Shown: positions 1-9,274, numbered from the stretch's first letter. The stretch: DNA of 64,000 bases from Bryobacterales bacterium (GCA_965222095.1 CBDCTD010000002.1:482909-546908); one strand, 5' to 3'. Notes: generated from the letters alone by a model not told the origin. Numbers and translations are program-made.

Positions 1-784
1 CGCGCCGTCTGGGTAGTGGTGGTGGTGGTAGTTCTTCACGTGCTGAATTCACCGTGGCTGAAGGCGAGTTAGGGTCTCGGCGGTACCCCCACCGGAGACA
101 CTTGACATGCTCGCTATTCTGAAGTTCTGTAGCGCGGGGCTGGTACCGTTTCCAGACCCGCGGCTTTTCTACTCACCCGGCGGGTCTGTTCTGTATATGG
201 GACGCGCACTTTCCCGCAGCGCGCGGCGATCGATCGCCCCCGGGGACGGCCGATCGGGGCACGGGGGGTGGGGCCAGCGGTCTATGCAGCGGCCAGCCTC
301 CTTCTCCACCGACCAACCGCCAAAAACCGGCGCGCTCTGGCCAAGCGTCACGTCACTCCCGACCCCAAAGAATCAACGACATAGCGCTGATCGGACCCGG
401 AAGATTAGTCTTCGTGGTTTAGAATGGAGGTAGAAAAAGGGGTCGTGCGTCGAGGGGGAAAGATTCTTAGCGGTAATCCGCTCGAATCCGCTCTGATCCG
501 CTATGCAACCGGATCGCGAGAATGTGCCGTCACAAGTTCGCGCAGGTTTTTTGCAGGGATCCAGTTTTTCTAAGCCCGCGTTTTCCTATCTCCGCGCCCC
601 CCAACGTGGACAGGAATGGAGGTGGTGTGAGGGAACTCGTCATCCATCGCCTTAACGGAGAAACTTGACACACTCACCATTCTGAAAGGGGAATGCCTCA
701 CCTCCGTATCATGGATGAGAGTGCTCACTTTCCTGCATCCCCTGAAGGGGTAAATGTATCTAATCAAACAGGAGGTAAGAATCG

Positions 785-1123
785 ATGGCAACGAATCCCG
801 GCTACATAACATTGACCGATGAGAACTTTCAGAAGGAAGTGCTGGAAAGCGAAAAGCCGGTTCTGGTGGATTTCTGGGCGGCTTGGTGTGGCCCCTGTCG
901 GGTGCTCGGTCCGGTGATCGAGGAGCTGGCGGCCGAAGTGAATGGCGCTGCCAAAGTGGGAAAACTCAATGTTGACGAGAATCCCGTCACCGCACAGCAG
1001 TTCGGCGTCCGGTCGATTCCGACGGTTTTGTTCTTCGACAAGGGACAGATGGTGGATAGTACCATCGGCGTCGTTCCCAAGGAAGCGCTTCGGAGCAAGC
1101 TCGAAGCCCTCGCGTCCACCTAA
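785..1123 (+). CDS. trxA: thioredoxin
   Basis: 112-aa ORF with the canonical WCGPC active site and thioredoxin-like layout (VLVDFWAAWCGPCR ... GVRSIPT). SD-like acaggagg lies just upstream of the ATG. Confidence 0.95.
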   Translation: MATNPGYITLTDENFQKEVLESEKPVLVDFWAAWCGPCRVLGPVIEELAAEVNGAAKVGKLNVDENPVTAQQFGVRSIPTVLFFDKGQMVDSTIGVVPKEALRSKLEALAST

Positions 1124-1167
1124 GGCGTCGACGAGACAGCGAGCGAACAAAGCCTTTGGCAATCAAG

Positions 1168-1473
1168 ATGCGCAGCTCGACGTGGTGTCCCGACTGCTAC
1201 CGCGCAAAGCGTCTCCTCAAAGCCAATAACATTGACTTTGAAGAGATCAAGATCGACAGCGACGAGGACGCCGCGCGAGCCGTTATGAATCACAATCAGG
1301 GGCGTAAGCAGGTGCCCACGTTCGAGATCGAAGGATCGCTCTACGGTAGTCCCCCCTGGACCCGCCGGCTCGACTCCTTGGTGTCGAGCCGTAGTCTAGA
1401 CCTCGGCAACCGTGGTTTGGGACCGATCAGTTCCGCAGGGCAGTCCCCACTTTCGAGGCCAAGCCGGATCTAG
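1168..1473 (+). CDS. glutaredoxin-like / mycoredoxin-like small redox protein
   Basis: CPDC redox motif 7 aa from the ATG at 1168 (the ORF-track start at 1156 is TTG), followed by a KQVPTFEIEG cis-Pro loop. The C-terminal ~30 aa are low complexity, so the true stop is uncertain. Confidence 0.65.
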   Translation: MRSSTWCPDCYRAKRLLKANNIDFEEIKIDSDEDAARAVMNHNQGRKQVPTFEIEGSLYGSPPWTRRLDSLVSSRSLDLGNRGLGPISSAGQSPLSRPSRI

Positions 1474-1579
1474 GCTTACAACGCGACCCGGTCGGGTTCC
1501 CGTTTCTACTTCCGACGCTTCCTCGCCCGAATCGCTGGGCGTCTACGTTACCCGACGACGATTCGAACCTGGGCGATTC

Positions 1580-2089
1580 CTACCCCGGCGACCCTGGAAG
1601 CGGGTTGTTGCTGTTCCACACTTCGCGCGCGATTCTCCAGGAGCCGTCCGCTTGTTTTTCGAGGATGACGATGTATTTCCCGTTGTCTTCCATCGGCTCG
1701 CCGTCCCCCTTCGGCGTCAGCTTCATCGTATAAGCGCCACGGTCGAAGGCCCAATCACCGGCTACCTCAACCTCTTCCGACGAGATCGTCAGCTCGGCGC
1801 CCATACCTTCGAACATGGCCACCATGTTGTCCGTGATCGCTTGCCGTCCCATAAGCGCTTCTTCATTCGGCGGCATGGAAACGGCGGATTCGGTGAAGTG
1901 GGCTCCGGCCGCGGAGGCATCGTTGCTATTGAAGGAGCTCTGATAGGCACTGCGTAACGTGTCGATTCCCGCGCGATCGGCCGCCATGGCCGCCGCCTTT
2001 GCTTCAGGGTCTGGCTGCTGGCTCGCGGGCTGACAGCCGAAACCGGCTAGTAGTGTCAACAACAAAACAAATCCCAGATAGGCTCTCAT
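1580..2089 (-). CDS. SnoaL-like/DUF4440 (NTF2-fold) lipoprotein
   Basis: Internal ATG at 2089 gives MRAYLGFVLLLTLLAGFGC, a signal peptide with a lipobox Cys. The body resembles DUF4440/SnoaL-like proteins (GDWAFDRGAY..., DGSWRIAREVWN). Confidence 0.6.
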   Translation of the reverse strand: MRAYLGFVLLLTLLAGFGCQPASQQPDPEAKAAAMAADRAGIDTLRSAYQSSFNSNDASAAGAHFTESAVSMPPNEEALMGRQAITDNMVAMFEGMGAELTISSEEVEVAGDWAFDRGAYTMKLTPKGDGEPMEDNGKYIVILEKQADGSWRIAREVWNSNNPLPGSPG

Positions 2090-2164
2090 TCTTGTCCCTT
2101 TCCTTGGTCCTCGGCGCAGTAAGGTTGTGCGCCAAAGTAGGGACAGTGTAGTACTTTCCCACCC

Positions 2165-2380
2165 TTGATTGCCACTGTTAGAGTTATCCAATACAGGATA
2201 AGCCTGAAGGGGAGGTTTTCAACCTGGGTACTAATTCAGACATTCAACGCGGGAGAGACCAGCTACGGTGAGACCCTACCCCGAGGAACTTACTACTACC
2301 GCGTCCAGGCGTTCCGTCAAACTCTCCAGGGGGAAGAGGTTTCGGACTACTCCAACACGTTCCGATTCCGGGCCAAGTAG
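2165..2380 (+). pseudogene. orphan fibronectin-type-III-like C-terminal fragment
   Basis: The translation ends ...NAGETSYGETLPRGTYYYRVQAF...SDYSN..., a pattern typical of the last strands of FN3 domains. There is no credible N-terminal part or start, and the upstream frame runs into the convergent gene. Confidence 0.3.
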
Positions 2381-2645
2381 CGGCCTGGGTCTATCTCGAG
2401 GCTTGTACGCTGTCGTGGCGCCGTTCGCGAACTGAACGACGCCACGAACTTGATTAGTTTGAGATCCTGATAGTCTCTGCCGTCGGTGTGCGCCACAACG
2501 ATCGAAGTACCGACAGATCTCGATTGTCCCAGCCGCCTAGGGCGCTGGTCTTGCGGTTGGCCCTCAGTTGTAACCTTTCCGGGCTGTAGTCGTGCGTCCG
2601 ATCCTACGACTCGCAGGGCGATCGTTTTCGAGATAATGACGGCAG

Positions 2646-3530
2646 ATGCACCCCTACGTTCTTTCGAACGATGAAATAGTACGCTCGGACGAAAAGATCC
2701 TGCTGCCGGGGCAATTGGGTTTGCTGGCGGGCTGGGGTGTGTTTACTACGCTTCGCATCTACGAAGGCGTACCGTTTGCGTTCGAAAGACACTGGCAAAG
2801 GATGGAGCGAGACGCCTCGCTGCTTCACGTCGAGCTGCCTAGGGACAGAAGCCGCGTCCACAAGAACCTGCTGCGTTTGGTCGACGCTAACGGCGCTCGA
2901 GAAGCCAGCATGCGGCTGTGCGTGTTCCGAAGCGAAGGAGGTTTTTGGGCGGGGCCTGGGACAGGGAACGCTTCTGACTTGGTGGCCCTGACGAGCGAGC
3001 TTGAGCAGTGGCAGGAGTCTGTCGCATTGGGCGTCGCCGAGCAGGCCCGACACGCCGAGTCTCCGTTTGCAGGGACGAAGACTCTTTCCTGGGCGCACAA
3101 CCTGACGATGCGAGAGACGGCAGAGCGGGAGGGTTTTGGAGAAGTGATCCTGCTTAACGAGCGAGAAGAAGTCGCCGAGTGCACCTCAGCCAATATCTTT
3201 GCAGTTATCGAGGGCAAAACGTACACGCCCCCGCTTGAGTCGGGTCCGTTGCCGGGAGTCACACGGGCCCTCATGTTGGAGGAACTGGAAGTTCCCAACA
3301 CGCCGGTGGCGGAAAGAGTTCTCAAGCTGGACGATCTTTCCGAAGCAGATGAAGTCTTCATCACCTCGACCACCCGCGAACTGATGCCGGTCCATCAGAT
3401 CGGCGAACGGAGGATCGCTGCGGGCGGTCCCGGGGGGTGGCCCGTGATGAAGAAACTGCGTACCGCACTCCGAAGCGTTATCCGCTCGTACGTCGGAGAG
3501 GCCAAGCGAGCGTCGGCGGTGGCGGAGTAG
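2646..3530 (+). CDS. class IV aminotransferase (branched-chain aminotransferase / aminodeoxychorismate lyase family)
   Basis: 294-aa ORF with the class IV aminotransferase layout (GVFTTLRIYEGVPFAFERHWQRM..., ECTSANIFAV..G...TPP...LPGVTR). Confidence 0.8.
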   Translation: MHPYVLSNDEIVRSDEKILLPGQLGLLAGWGVFTTLRIYEGVPFAFERHWQRMERDASLLHVELPRDRSRVHKNLLRLVDANGAREASMRLCVFRSEGGFWAGPGTGNASDLVALTSELEQWQESVALGVAEQARHAESPFAGTKTLSWAHNLTMRETAEREGFGEVILLNEREEVAECTSANIFAVIEGKTYTPPLESGPLPGVTRALMLEELEVPNTPVAERVLKLDDLSEADEVFITSTTRELMPVHQIGERRIAAGGPGGWPVMKKLRTALRSVIRSYVGEAKRASAVAE

Positions 3531-3584
3531 TCGCCGCAGCGTGGCTATCAAGTTGTGCCACGAGACTGGTAGGACTGGGGTTTC

Positions 3585-4193
3585 ATGACCTCCGCTGAAC
3601 TTCTCTCTAAGACTCGGATCCTGGGGCGCGGGTTTTTTGCGCGCCAAGCGGCTGTCGTCGCTCGGGATCTGCTGGGCAAGATTCTCGTTCACCGCCTAGA
3701 CAGCAATGTTCTAGCCGGCAAGATCGTTGAGACAGAAGCCTATCTCGGGGAGGGCGACAAGGCAGCACACTCGGCCCGGGGCCGGACCAAGCGAACGGCG
3801 GCTATCTTCGGCCCGGCGGGTCATGCCTATGTGTATCTGTGTTACGGGATGTACGAGTGCCTCAATCTTGTAGCCGAGGCTGAGGGCCGACCGGGCTGCG
3901 TGCTGATTCGCGCGTTGGAGCCGGTCTGCGGGCTGGAGGAAATGCGAGAGAGGCGGCCTAAGGCGAAAAGCTTGCGCGATTTGGCATCGGGCCCGGGCAA
4001 GTTGACGCTGGCAATGGGTATCACGCGAGAGCACTACGGCGCCGATGTTACGGACGGTCGCCTTCAAGTGAGGACGCCTCGTCGAAGACCACCCTTCGAA
4101 ATTGTCACAACTAGCCGGATTGGTATCGCGGCAAGCGCGGAATTACTTCTTCGCTTCTACATCAAAGACAATGAGTGCGTAAGTGTGAAGTAG
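3585..4193 (+). CDS. mpg: DNA-3-methyladenine glycosylase (AAG/Mpg family)
   Basis: Family hallmarks are present: FFARQAAVVARDLLGK.LV, ...GKIVETEAYLGEGDKAAHS..GRT.RT..IFGPAGHAYVYLCYGMY.CLN. Confidence 0.9.
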   Translation: MTSAELLSKTRILGRGFFARQAAVVARDLLGKILVHRLDSNVLAGKIVETEAYLGEGDKAAHSARGRTKRTAAIFGPAGHAYVYLCYGMYECLNLVAEAEGRPGCVLIRALEPVCGLEEMRERRPKAKSLRDLASGPGKLTLAMGITREHYGADVTDGRLQVRTPRRRPPFEIVTTSRIGIAASAELLLRFYIKDNECVSVK

Positions 4194-4272
4194 AACAGCA
4201 CGGAGCTCGCATCCCCCGAGCCGTTCGCCAAACGAAACCGGCGGCAAGGGCGGCCCCTTTCTGAAACACGCC

Positions 4273-5523
4273 ATGTCGGACAAGACCGTTTTCCACGTTG
4301 ACATGGATGCGTTCTTCGTGTCGGTCGAAGAGCTTTCCGATCCCAGCCTAAAGGGCAAGCCGGTCATTGTCGGTGGCCGCGGACCGGAGCGTGGAGTCGT
4401 CGCTGCGGCGTCCTACGCGGCGCGCCGGTATGGCGTGCACTCGGCGATGCCGCTGCGGCGCGCGCACCGGCTCTGCCCGCAGGCAATTTTCATGGAGGGG
4501 CACCCCGAGCGCTACCGCGAGTATTCACAGCGGACACACGCTATTCTGTGCCGCTTTTCGCCCCGTGTGGAGATGGTTTCAATCGACGAAGCCTACCTCG
4601 ACATGAGTGGCGAGGAGCGCCTGTTCGGGCGCCCCTTAGCAGCCGCCCACCGCATTCACGAGTCCGTCCGGGCCGAGACCAAACTGCCCTGCTCGATCGG
4701 CATTGGCACGTCACGGCTGGTAGCCAAAATCGGGTCCGCGATGGCGAAGCCAAATGGTGTCTTGTGGGCGCTGCCGGGAGTAGAAGCGAACTTCCTCGCG
4801 CCACTCGATGTCGGCAGAATTCCCGGGGTCGGCAAGGTGGCGCAGAAGAGTCTGCGCGACCGGGGCGTTCATCGCATCGGGCAACTGGCGGACCTAGACG
4901 AAGCTTTTCTGGAATCAAACTGGGGCAAGGTGGGTCTCGCGTTGGCGGGGAAAGCGAAGGGGCTGGATGCCGGCGCTTGGTTCGAGGGCGAAATCGGGTC
5001 GCGGGAGATTCCCAAATCGGTCAGCCACGAGACCACTTTCCGGGAAGACACGAATGATACGCAGCTTATCGAGGCTACGCTGGCCAAGCTCTCGCAAATG
5101 GTGGGGCGGCGCCTGCGCGAATACAGCCTGTACGGACGCACGGTTCAACTGAAGCTACGCTACTCGGATTTTTCTACGATAACGCGCTCTCGAACGCTCG
5201 AAGAAGCCACTCAGCTCGACATCGTGATTCTTCGGACGATGCGGGAACTGTTTCGGCGAAACTGGGAGGTGCCGCGGGCCGTTCGATTGCTCGGCGTTCA
5301 CGTGGGATCGCTACAGCAAAAGGAAGGCCAGCTCGGCCTTCTGGGGCGACGCGGCAAGGCCAAGTGGAGCAGCGCATTGCGTGCCGCGGACGCACTTCGA
5401 GATCGCTACGGTGAGTCGTCCGTCGGGCTAGCATCCGCCATGAGACATGGCCGTAAGGAGCGCGTCCACGAAAACCCGGGGGCGCTGCCGGGCAAGGGAA
5501 AGTGCGGCGAGGCTGGGTCGTAG
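4273..5523 (+). CDS. dinB: DNA polymerase IV (Y-family)
   Basis: Starts HVDMDAFFVSVEE...KGKPV.VGG and contains SIDEAYLD, typical of DinB. Length is 416 aa. Confidence 0.93.
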   Translation: MSDKTVFHVDMDAFFVSVEELSDPSLKGKPVIVGGRGPERGVVAAASYAARRYGVHSAMPLRRAHRLCPQAIFMEGHPERYREYSQRTHAILCRFSPRVEMVSIDEAYLDMSGEERLFGRPLAAAHRIHESVRAETKLPCSIGIGTSRLVAKIGSAMAKPNGVLWALPGVEANFLAPLDVGRIPGVGKVAQKSLRDRGVHRIGQLADLDEAFLESNWGKVGLALAGKAKGLDAGAWFEGEIGSREIPKSVSHETTFREDTNDTQLIEATLAKLSQMVGRRLREYSLYGRTVQLKLRYSDFSTITRSRTLEEATQLDIVILRTMRELFRRNWEVPRAVRLLGVHVGSLQQKEGQLGLLGRRGKAKWSSALRAADALRDRYGESSVGLASAMRHGRKERVHENPGALPGKGKCGEAGS

Positions 5524-5600
5524 GCCGGCTGATCGGCCGCTCCGGGGGTGGTCCTTCAAGTGGAATCCGTCACCCCCACGCCAGCCCGTCTCAACATCAG

Positions 5601-6935
5601 ATGACAGCCCAGCAGCTCGCGCGTGAGATCATCGACCGGCTTCGCGGTCTGGGCCATGAAGCTTACCTGGCGGGGGGATGTGTTCGCGATATGTTCCTGG
5701 GGACAACACCCAAGGACTACGACGTCGCGACGGACGCACTTGCCGAGCAGATCAAGGCATCCTTTCCTGATTCGGTCGCCGTGGGTGCCAAGTTCGGCGT
5801 CGTGCTGGTCCGATCGGGGAGCGCCCAGGTGGAGGTAGCGACATTTCGACGCGAGCACGACTACCTTGACGGCCGGCGTCCTGAAAGCGTCAGCTTCACG
5901 CGAAGTGCAAAGGAGGATGCTCAGCGGCGGGATTTCACGATCAACGGCCTACTGTTCGATCCAGTTGAGGAGAAGTATCACGACTACGTCGGCGGCCGCA
6001 AGGATCTGGAATCCCCGTTTATTCGGGCAATCGGAGCTCCCGCTGAGAGATTGGCGGAAGATAAGCTCCGTATGCTGCGGGCCGTTCGATTCGCGGCGCG
6101 GCTGCGTTTCGACATCGAGAGTAAAACGATGGAAGCCATCCAGGCCCACTGTGACGAAATCGGCGAGATTTCGGCCGAGCGAATTCGCGACGAGATGAAC
6201 CGCATCCTAACCGAGGGCGGCGCGCGCCGGGGGTTCGAGCTGCTCAATGAGACGGGACTGCTTGGCGCGATCTTGCCGGAAGTGGGGGTGATGAAGGGCG
6301 TGCCTCAAGCTCCGCAGTTCCATCCCGAGGGCGACGTGTGGACCCACACGCTTCTGATGCTGGAACAGCTCGAGAATCCCTCGGTGGCCCTGGCGCTCGG
6401 AGTGTTGCTGCACGACGTGGGTAAGCCGGCCACGATTCGCTTCGCCGAGCGGATCCGGTTTGATGGCCACGTTGAGGAGGGCGTACGGTTGACTGTGCAG
6501 GCTCTCGAACGGCTGCGGTATTCGAAGGCAGAGATCGAACAGGTGACGGCACTAGTCCAACACCACATGCGCTTCGGCCACGTCACCCAGATGAGAGAGA
6601 GCAAGCTCAAGAAGTTCCTTCGGCTGCCCGATTTCGGCAACCATTTGGAGCTCCACCGGCTGGACTGTCTCAGCAGCCACCGAAATCTCGCCAACTACGA
6701 CTTCGTTCGGGGCAAACAGGCCGAACTACCGAAGGAAGAGCTTCGCCCGCCGCGTCTCGCTACGGGCGAGGACTTGATTACGGCGGGTTACAAACCGGGC
6801 CCTGCGTTCAAGAAGATCCTGACGGAAGTCGAGGACGCGCAGCTCGAAGGAACAGTGAAGACCAAAGATGAAGCTATGGCCTGGGTTCGGGAGCGATTCG
6901 AGGCACCTGCCGGGGAAGGAAGGTGCGAGAGCTGA
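5601..6935 (+). CDS. cca: CCA-adding tRNA nucleotidyltransferase with HD domain
   Basis: Contains the GGCVRD...DYD nucleotidyltransferase motif, RRDFTIN, and a downstream HD motif (LLHDVGKP). The ATG at 5601 was chosen because the ORF-track N-terminal 33 aa overlap dinB and are low complexity. Confidence 0.85.
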   Translation: MTAQQLAREIIDRLRGLGHEAYLAGGCVRDMFLGTTPKDYDVATDALAEQIKASFPDSVAVGAKFGVVLVRSGSAQVEVATFRREHDYLDGRRPESVSFTRSAKEDAQRRDFTINGLLFDPVEEKYHDYVGGRKDLESPFIRAIGAPAERLAEDKLRMLRAVRFAARLRFDIESKTMEAIQAHCDEIGEISAERIRDEMNRILTEGGARRGFELLNETGLLGAILPEVGVMKGVPQAPQFHPEGDVWTHTLLMLEQLENPSVALALGVLLHDVGKPATIRFAERIRFDGHVEEGVRLTVQALERLRYSKAEIEQVTALVQHHMRFGHVTQMRESKLKKFLRLPDFGNHLELHRLDCLSSHRNLANYDFVRGKQAELPKEELRPPRLATGEDLITAGYKPGPAFKKILTEVEDAQLEGTVKTKDEAMAWVRERFEAPAGEGRCES

Positions 6936-7063
6936 ACCCTGGGGCCCTCTTGCCTGAACGCGAAGTTCCAGCCCGCTGACGCTTGAGTTGGCGCCCTTGA
7001 CTCGTTACTTCGTGGGCTGCACCGACCGGACTGAGCGAAGGTCGGCGAACGAGCATACTCTGA

Positions 7064-8728
7064 CCCGCATTTTCAATTTGGTGTTTGACATCCCGACCTT
7101 CCAGCGGCCTTGAGCGTCTTTATTCATAGGGGCTAGAGCCCGATGAGGACGCCAGGGAGGCCAACACCCAATGGGTGAAAAACAAACCAAGCCATTCCAG
7201 CTAAGTTTCAACGGCTTGTTGAAAGTCGATTTCCAGGGATCGCACGTCACTTCCGACGGTGGCCTGATTTTGGTTCGCGAACTGGACGAACGGCTCGGTC
7301 TCGGAGAACTGATTGACGAGCATCTCAGCGACTCCCGGCAAGGCACAAACAAGCAGTTCACGCTCGCTGATCTGTTGCGGCAGTCGGTCTACAGCCGCTT
7401 GGCGGGCTACGAGGACCTCAACGACGCCGAGCGGGTTTCGATCGATCCGACGTTTCGGCTGATCGGTTCGCAGAAGATCTGGGATCGCGGTGCGGCCTTG
7501 ACCTCGACGCTGCACAGCTTCGAGACGGAGATGCTGGCGAGCGAAGAGAACCTGCTGGGGCTGATGGCGCTGAACCGAGAGCTGGTCGGGCAAGCGGAAG
7601 CGTTCGACGACTCCGAGCGGGTCGTTCTGGACATGGACTCCACCGAGAGTCCGGTCCATGGCCAACAGGAAGGCAGTGCCTACAACGGACACTTCGAGTC
7701 GGTCTGCTATCACCCGTTACTTTTGTTCAACGGTCATGGTGATTGCCTCGCTGCCAAGCTGCGTCCCGGCAACGTGCACAGCGCCGAGGACTGGGATGAG
7801 CTATTGTTGCCGGAGATCGAGCGCCAACAGGCTGCGGGCAAGCAGGTCGCCTTCCGGGGCGATGCGGCCTTTGCCAAGCCGGAAGTTTATGAGGCTTCGG
7901 AGGAACGCGGAGTACAGTACGCCATTCGCATTCCGGCCAACAAGAGCCTGGAGTTGGAGATCGAAGACATCTTGTTTCGGCCGCCGGGAAGGCCCTCCCG
8001 GAAGCCCTTGGTGCGCTACAAGAGTTTTCGCTATCAGGCGGAGAGTTGGTCGCAGGCGAGGCGGATCGTCGCCAAGGTCGAGCATCACCAGGGCGAGCTG
8101 TTCCCGCGGGTCGGATTCATCGTGACGAGCATGAGCTTGCCAAGCCGCTCGGTGGTGCGCTTCTACAACAAGCGCGGCACGGCGGAGCAGTGGATCAAGG
8201 AAGGCAAACAGGCCACGCATTGGACAAGGCTGTCGTGCCATCGGTTCCGGGCGAACGAGGTACGGCTACAACTGAGCGTGCTGGCCTACAACCTGGGCAA
8301 CTTGTGGCGGCGGCTCGGACTGCCGAACAGGATCAAGAGTTGGTCGCTGACGAGCTTGCAACACAGGTTGATGAAGACCGGCGGTCGGCTGGTCAAGCAC
8401 GCGCGGTATTACTGGCTGCTGCTGGCCGAGGGGTATCTGAACCGCAGGCTGTTCGGCGACATGCTGCACAGGATCTGGGCGCTGCCGCTGCCAAGCGGGT
8501 AGCGTTGACCGGGCGAGGATCAACAGTTTTCGGCTCCAAAAGATTTCGCAAGGAGCAGTGTCGGCCGGAGCGCCGTTCAGGCCGCTCAATCAACGTCTGT
8601 GAGCGGATGGACGAGCCCTGGCGCCTACCGGCGGAGGTCATGTGCAGGGTTCAGCGCGAAAAGACGTGGTATTCGGGGCAGCGCGGGTGTATACTTTCAC
8701 CGTGCCAGGGCCAAAATGGAAATCCTGG
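7064..8728 (+). mobile_element. IS1380-family insertion sequence, intact, with 5-bp target-site duplication
   Basis: The 1665-bp unit has imperfect terminal IRs that start with CC. IRL is CCCGCATTTTCAATTTG at 7064..7080; IRR is CAAAATGGAAATCCTGG at 8712..8728; 13/17 positions are complementary. It is flanked by the direct repeat TCTGA at 7059..7063 and 8729..8733 and carries a single transposase ORF. Confidence 0.85.
7171..8502 (+). CDS. IS1380-family DDE transposase
   Basis: 443-aa ORF whose N-terminus (...SDGGLILVRELDERLGL...LAGYEDLND) and overall length match IS1380-type transposases. Confidence 0.88.
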   Translation: MGEKQTKPFQLSFNGLLKVDFQGSHVTSDGGLILVRELDERLGLGELIDEHLSDSRQGTNKQFTLADLLRQSVYSRLAGYEDLNDAERVSIDPTFRLIGSQKIWDRGAALTSTLHSFETEMLASEENLLGLMALNRELVGQAEAFDDSERVVLDMDSTESPVHGQQEGSAYNGHFESVCYHPLLLFNGHGDCLAAKLRPGNVHSAEDWDELLLPEIERQQAAGKQVAFRGDAAFAKPEVYEASEERGVQYAIRIPANKSLELEIEDILFRPPGRPSRKPLVRYKSFRYQAESWSQARRIVAKVEHHQGELFPRVGFIVTSMSLPSRSVVRFYNKRGTAEQWIKEGKQATHWTRLSCHRFRANEVRLQLSVLAYNLGNLWRRLGLPNRIKSWSLTSLQHRLMKTGGRLVKHARYYWLLLAEGYLNRRLFGDMLHRIWALPLPSG

Positions 8729-9196
8729 TCTGACTGTTAACTTGCCCAGCGCGTGCCTCCTCGCAAGCCACGGTAAGATAGCCGGAACCGGCAGCCCGAA
8801 GCAAAGGGCGGTTAGGAATACCCAAACCGGAGCGTCCAGAAGGTACTCGCTCATCATTACGGGGACGAACAGGAGCCAACAGGCGCAGAAAAGCACGAAA
8901 AGGTAGACCAAGCCTACCTGCTTCGCGTTGAAGGGTGCCGGCTCACAGATCCGGTCGTGATTTGGGTAGCGCTTGCTCTTTATGACTCGAAAGCTGCCGA
9001 GGGGAATAATGGGAATCATAAACAGCGACAGCCATTGAGTCGTCACGAACGAGCCGTCAGGGAGAAAATTCGTCTTTCCGAAAGCGCTGGTGACGATTCC
9101 CTCCAGGGTCCGCGGCTTTGTCGGCGCTTTTGTAATTTTCGGCCTCATCGCTATCGAGTTTCGCGCACCGGGCAAGTTTCTGAGACGACCCAACAC
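8651..9196 (-). CDS. membrane protein whose 3' end is replaced by IS-derived sequence
   Basis: GTG-start ORF with several hydrophobic spans. The codons downstream of position 8729 are read from the IS1380 right end. The native C-terminus continues on the far side of the IS, at 7005..7058. Confidence 0.55.
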   Translation of the reverse strand: MLGRLRNLPGARNSIAMRPKITKAPTKPRTLEGIVTSAFGKTNFLPDGSFVTTQWLSLFMIPIIPLGSFRVIKSKRYPNHDRICEPAPFNAKQVGLVYLFVLFCACWLLFVPVMMSEYLLDAPVWVFLTALCFGLPVPAILPWLARRHALGKLTVRPGFPFWPWHGESIHPRCPEYHVFSR

Positions 9197-9242
9197 GATA
9201 GTATTGGTACAAAGTGGCCATCGCCAATTCCACCAAAGGAGT

Positions 9243-9274
9243 AATCGACATACGCTTTTAGTAGTATGTCGATT
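9243..9274. promoter_or_regulatory. perfect 11-bp inverted repeat (AATCGACATAC-N10-GTATGTCGATT), candidate operator
   Basis: Read directly from an AT-rich patch of the divergent intergenic region. It lies 47 nt upstream of the GTG at 9196. Confidence 0.35.

Noticed and set aside
107-433. 108-aa ORF in the leader region upstream of trxA
   Set aside because: Its composition is Arg/Pro/Ser/Gly-rich with no motif. It is mirrored by an antisense ORF of similar quality and has no SD. This is typical random open frame in GC-rich DNA.
1-784. Possible RNase P RNA, tmRNA, SRP RNA or riboswitch in the 780-bp ORF-free stretch
   Set aside because: Both strands were checked by eye for universal cores. 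None is present: GGAAAGTCCGG and ACAGAACCCGGCTTA for RNase P, GGGGCTG...tag ORF...TCCACCA for tmRNA, and GGTCCGGAAGGAAGCAGC for SRP. Only a loose GGACCCGGAAG occurs. A covariance-model scan is still advisable.
5502-5600. Upstream start of cca overlapping the dinB 3' end
   Set aside because: The first 33 residues (MRRGWVVGRLIGRSGGGPSSG...) are non-conserved in character. The ATG at 5601 immediately precedes the conserved nucleotidyltransferase N-terminus.
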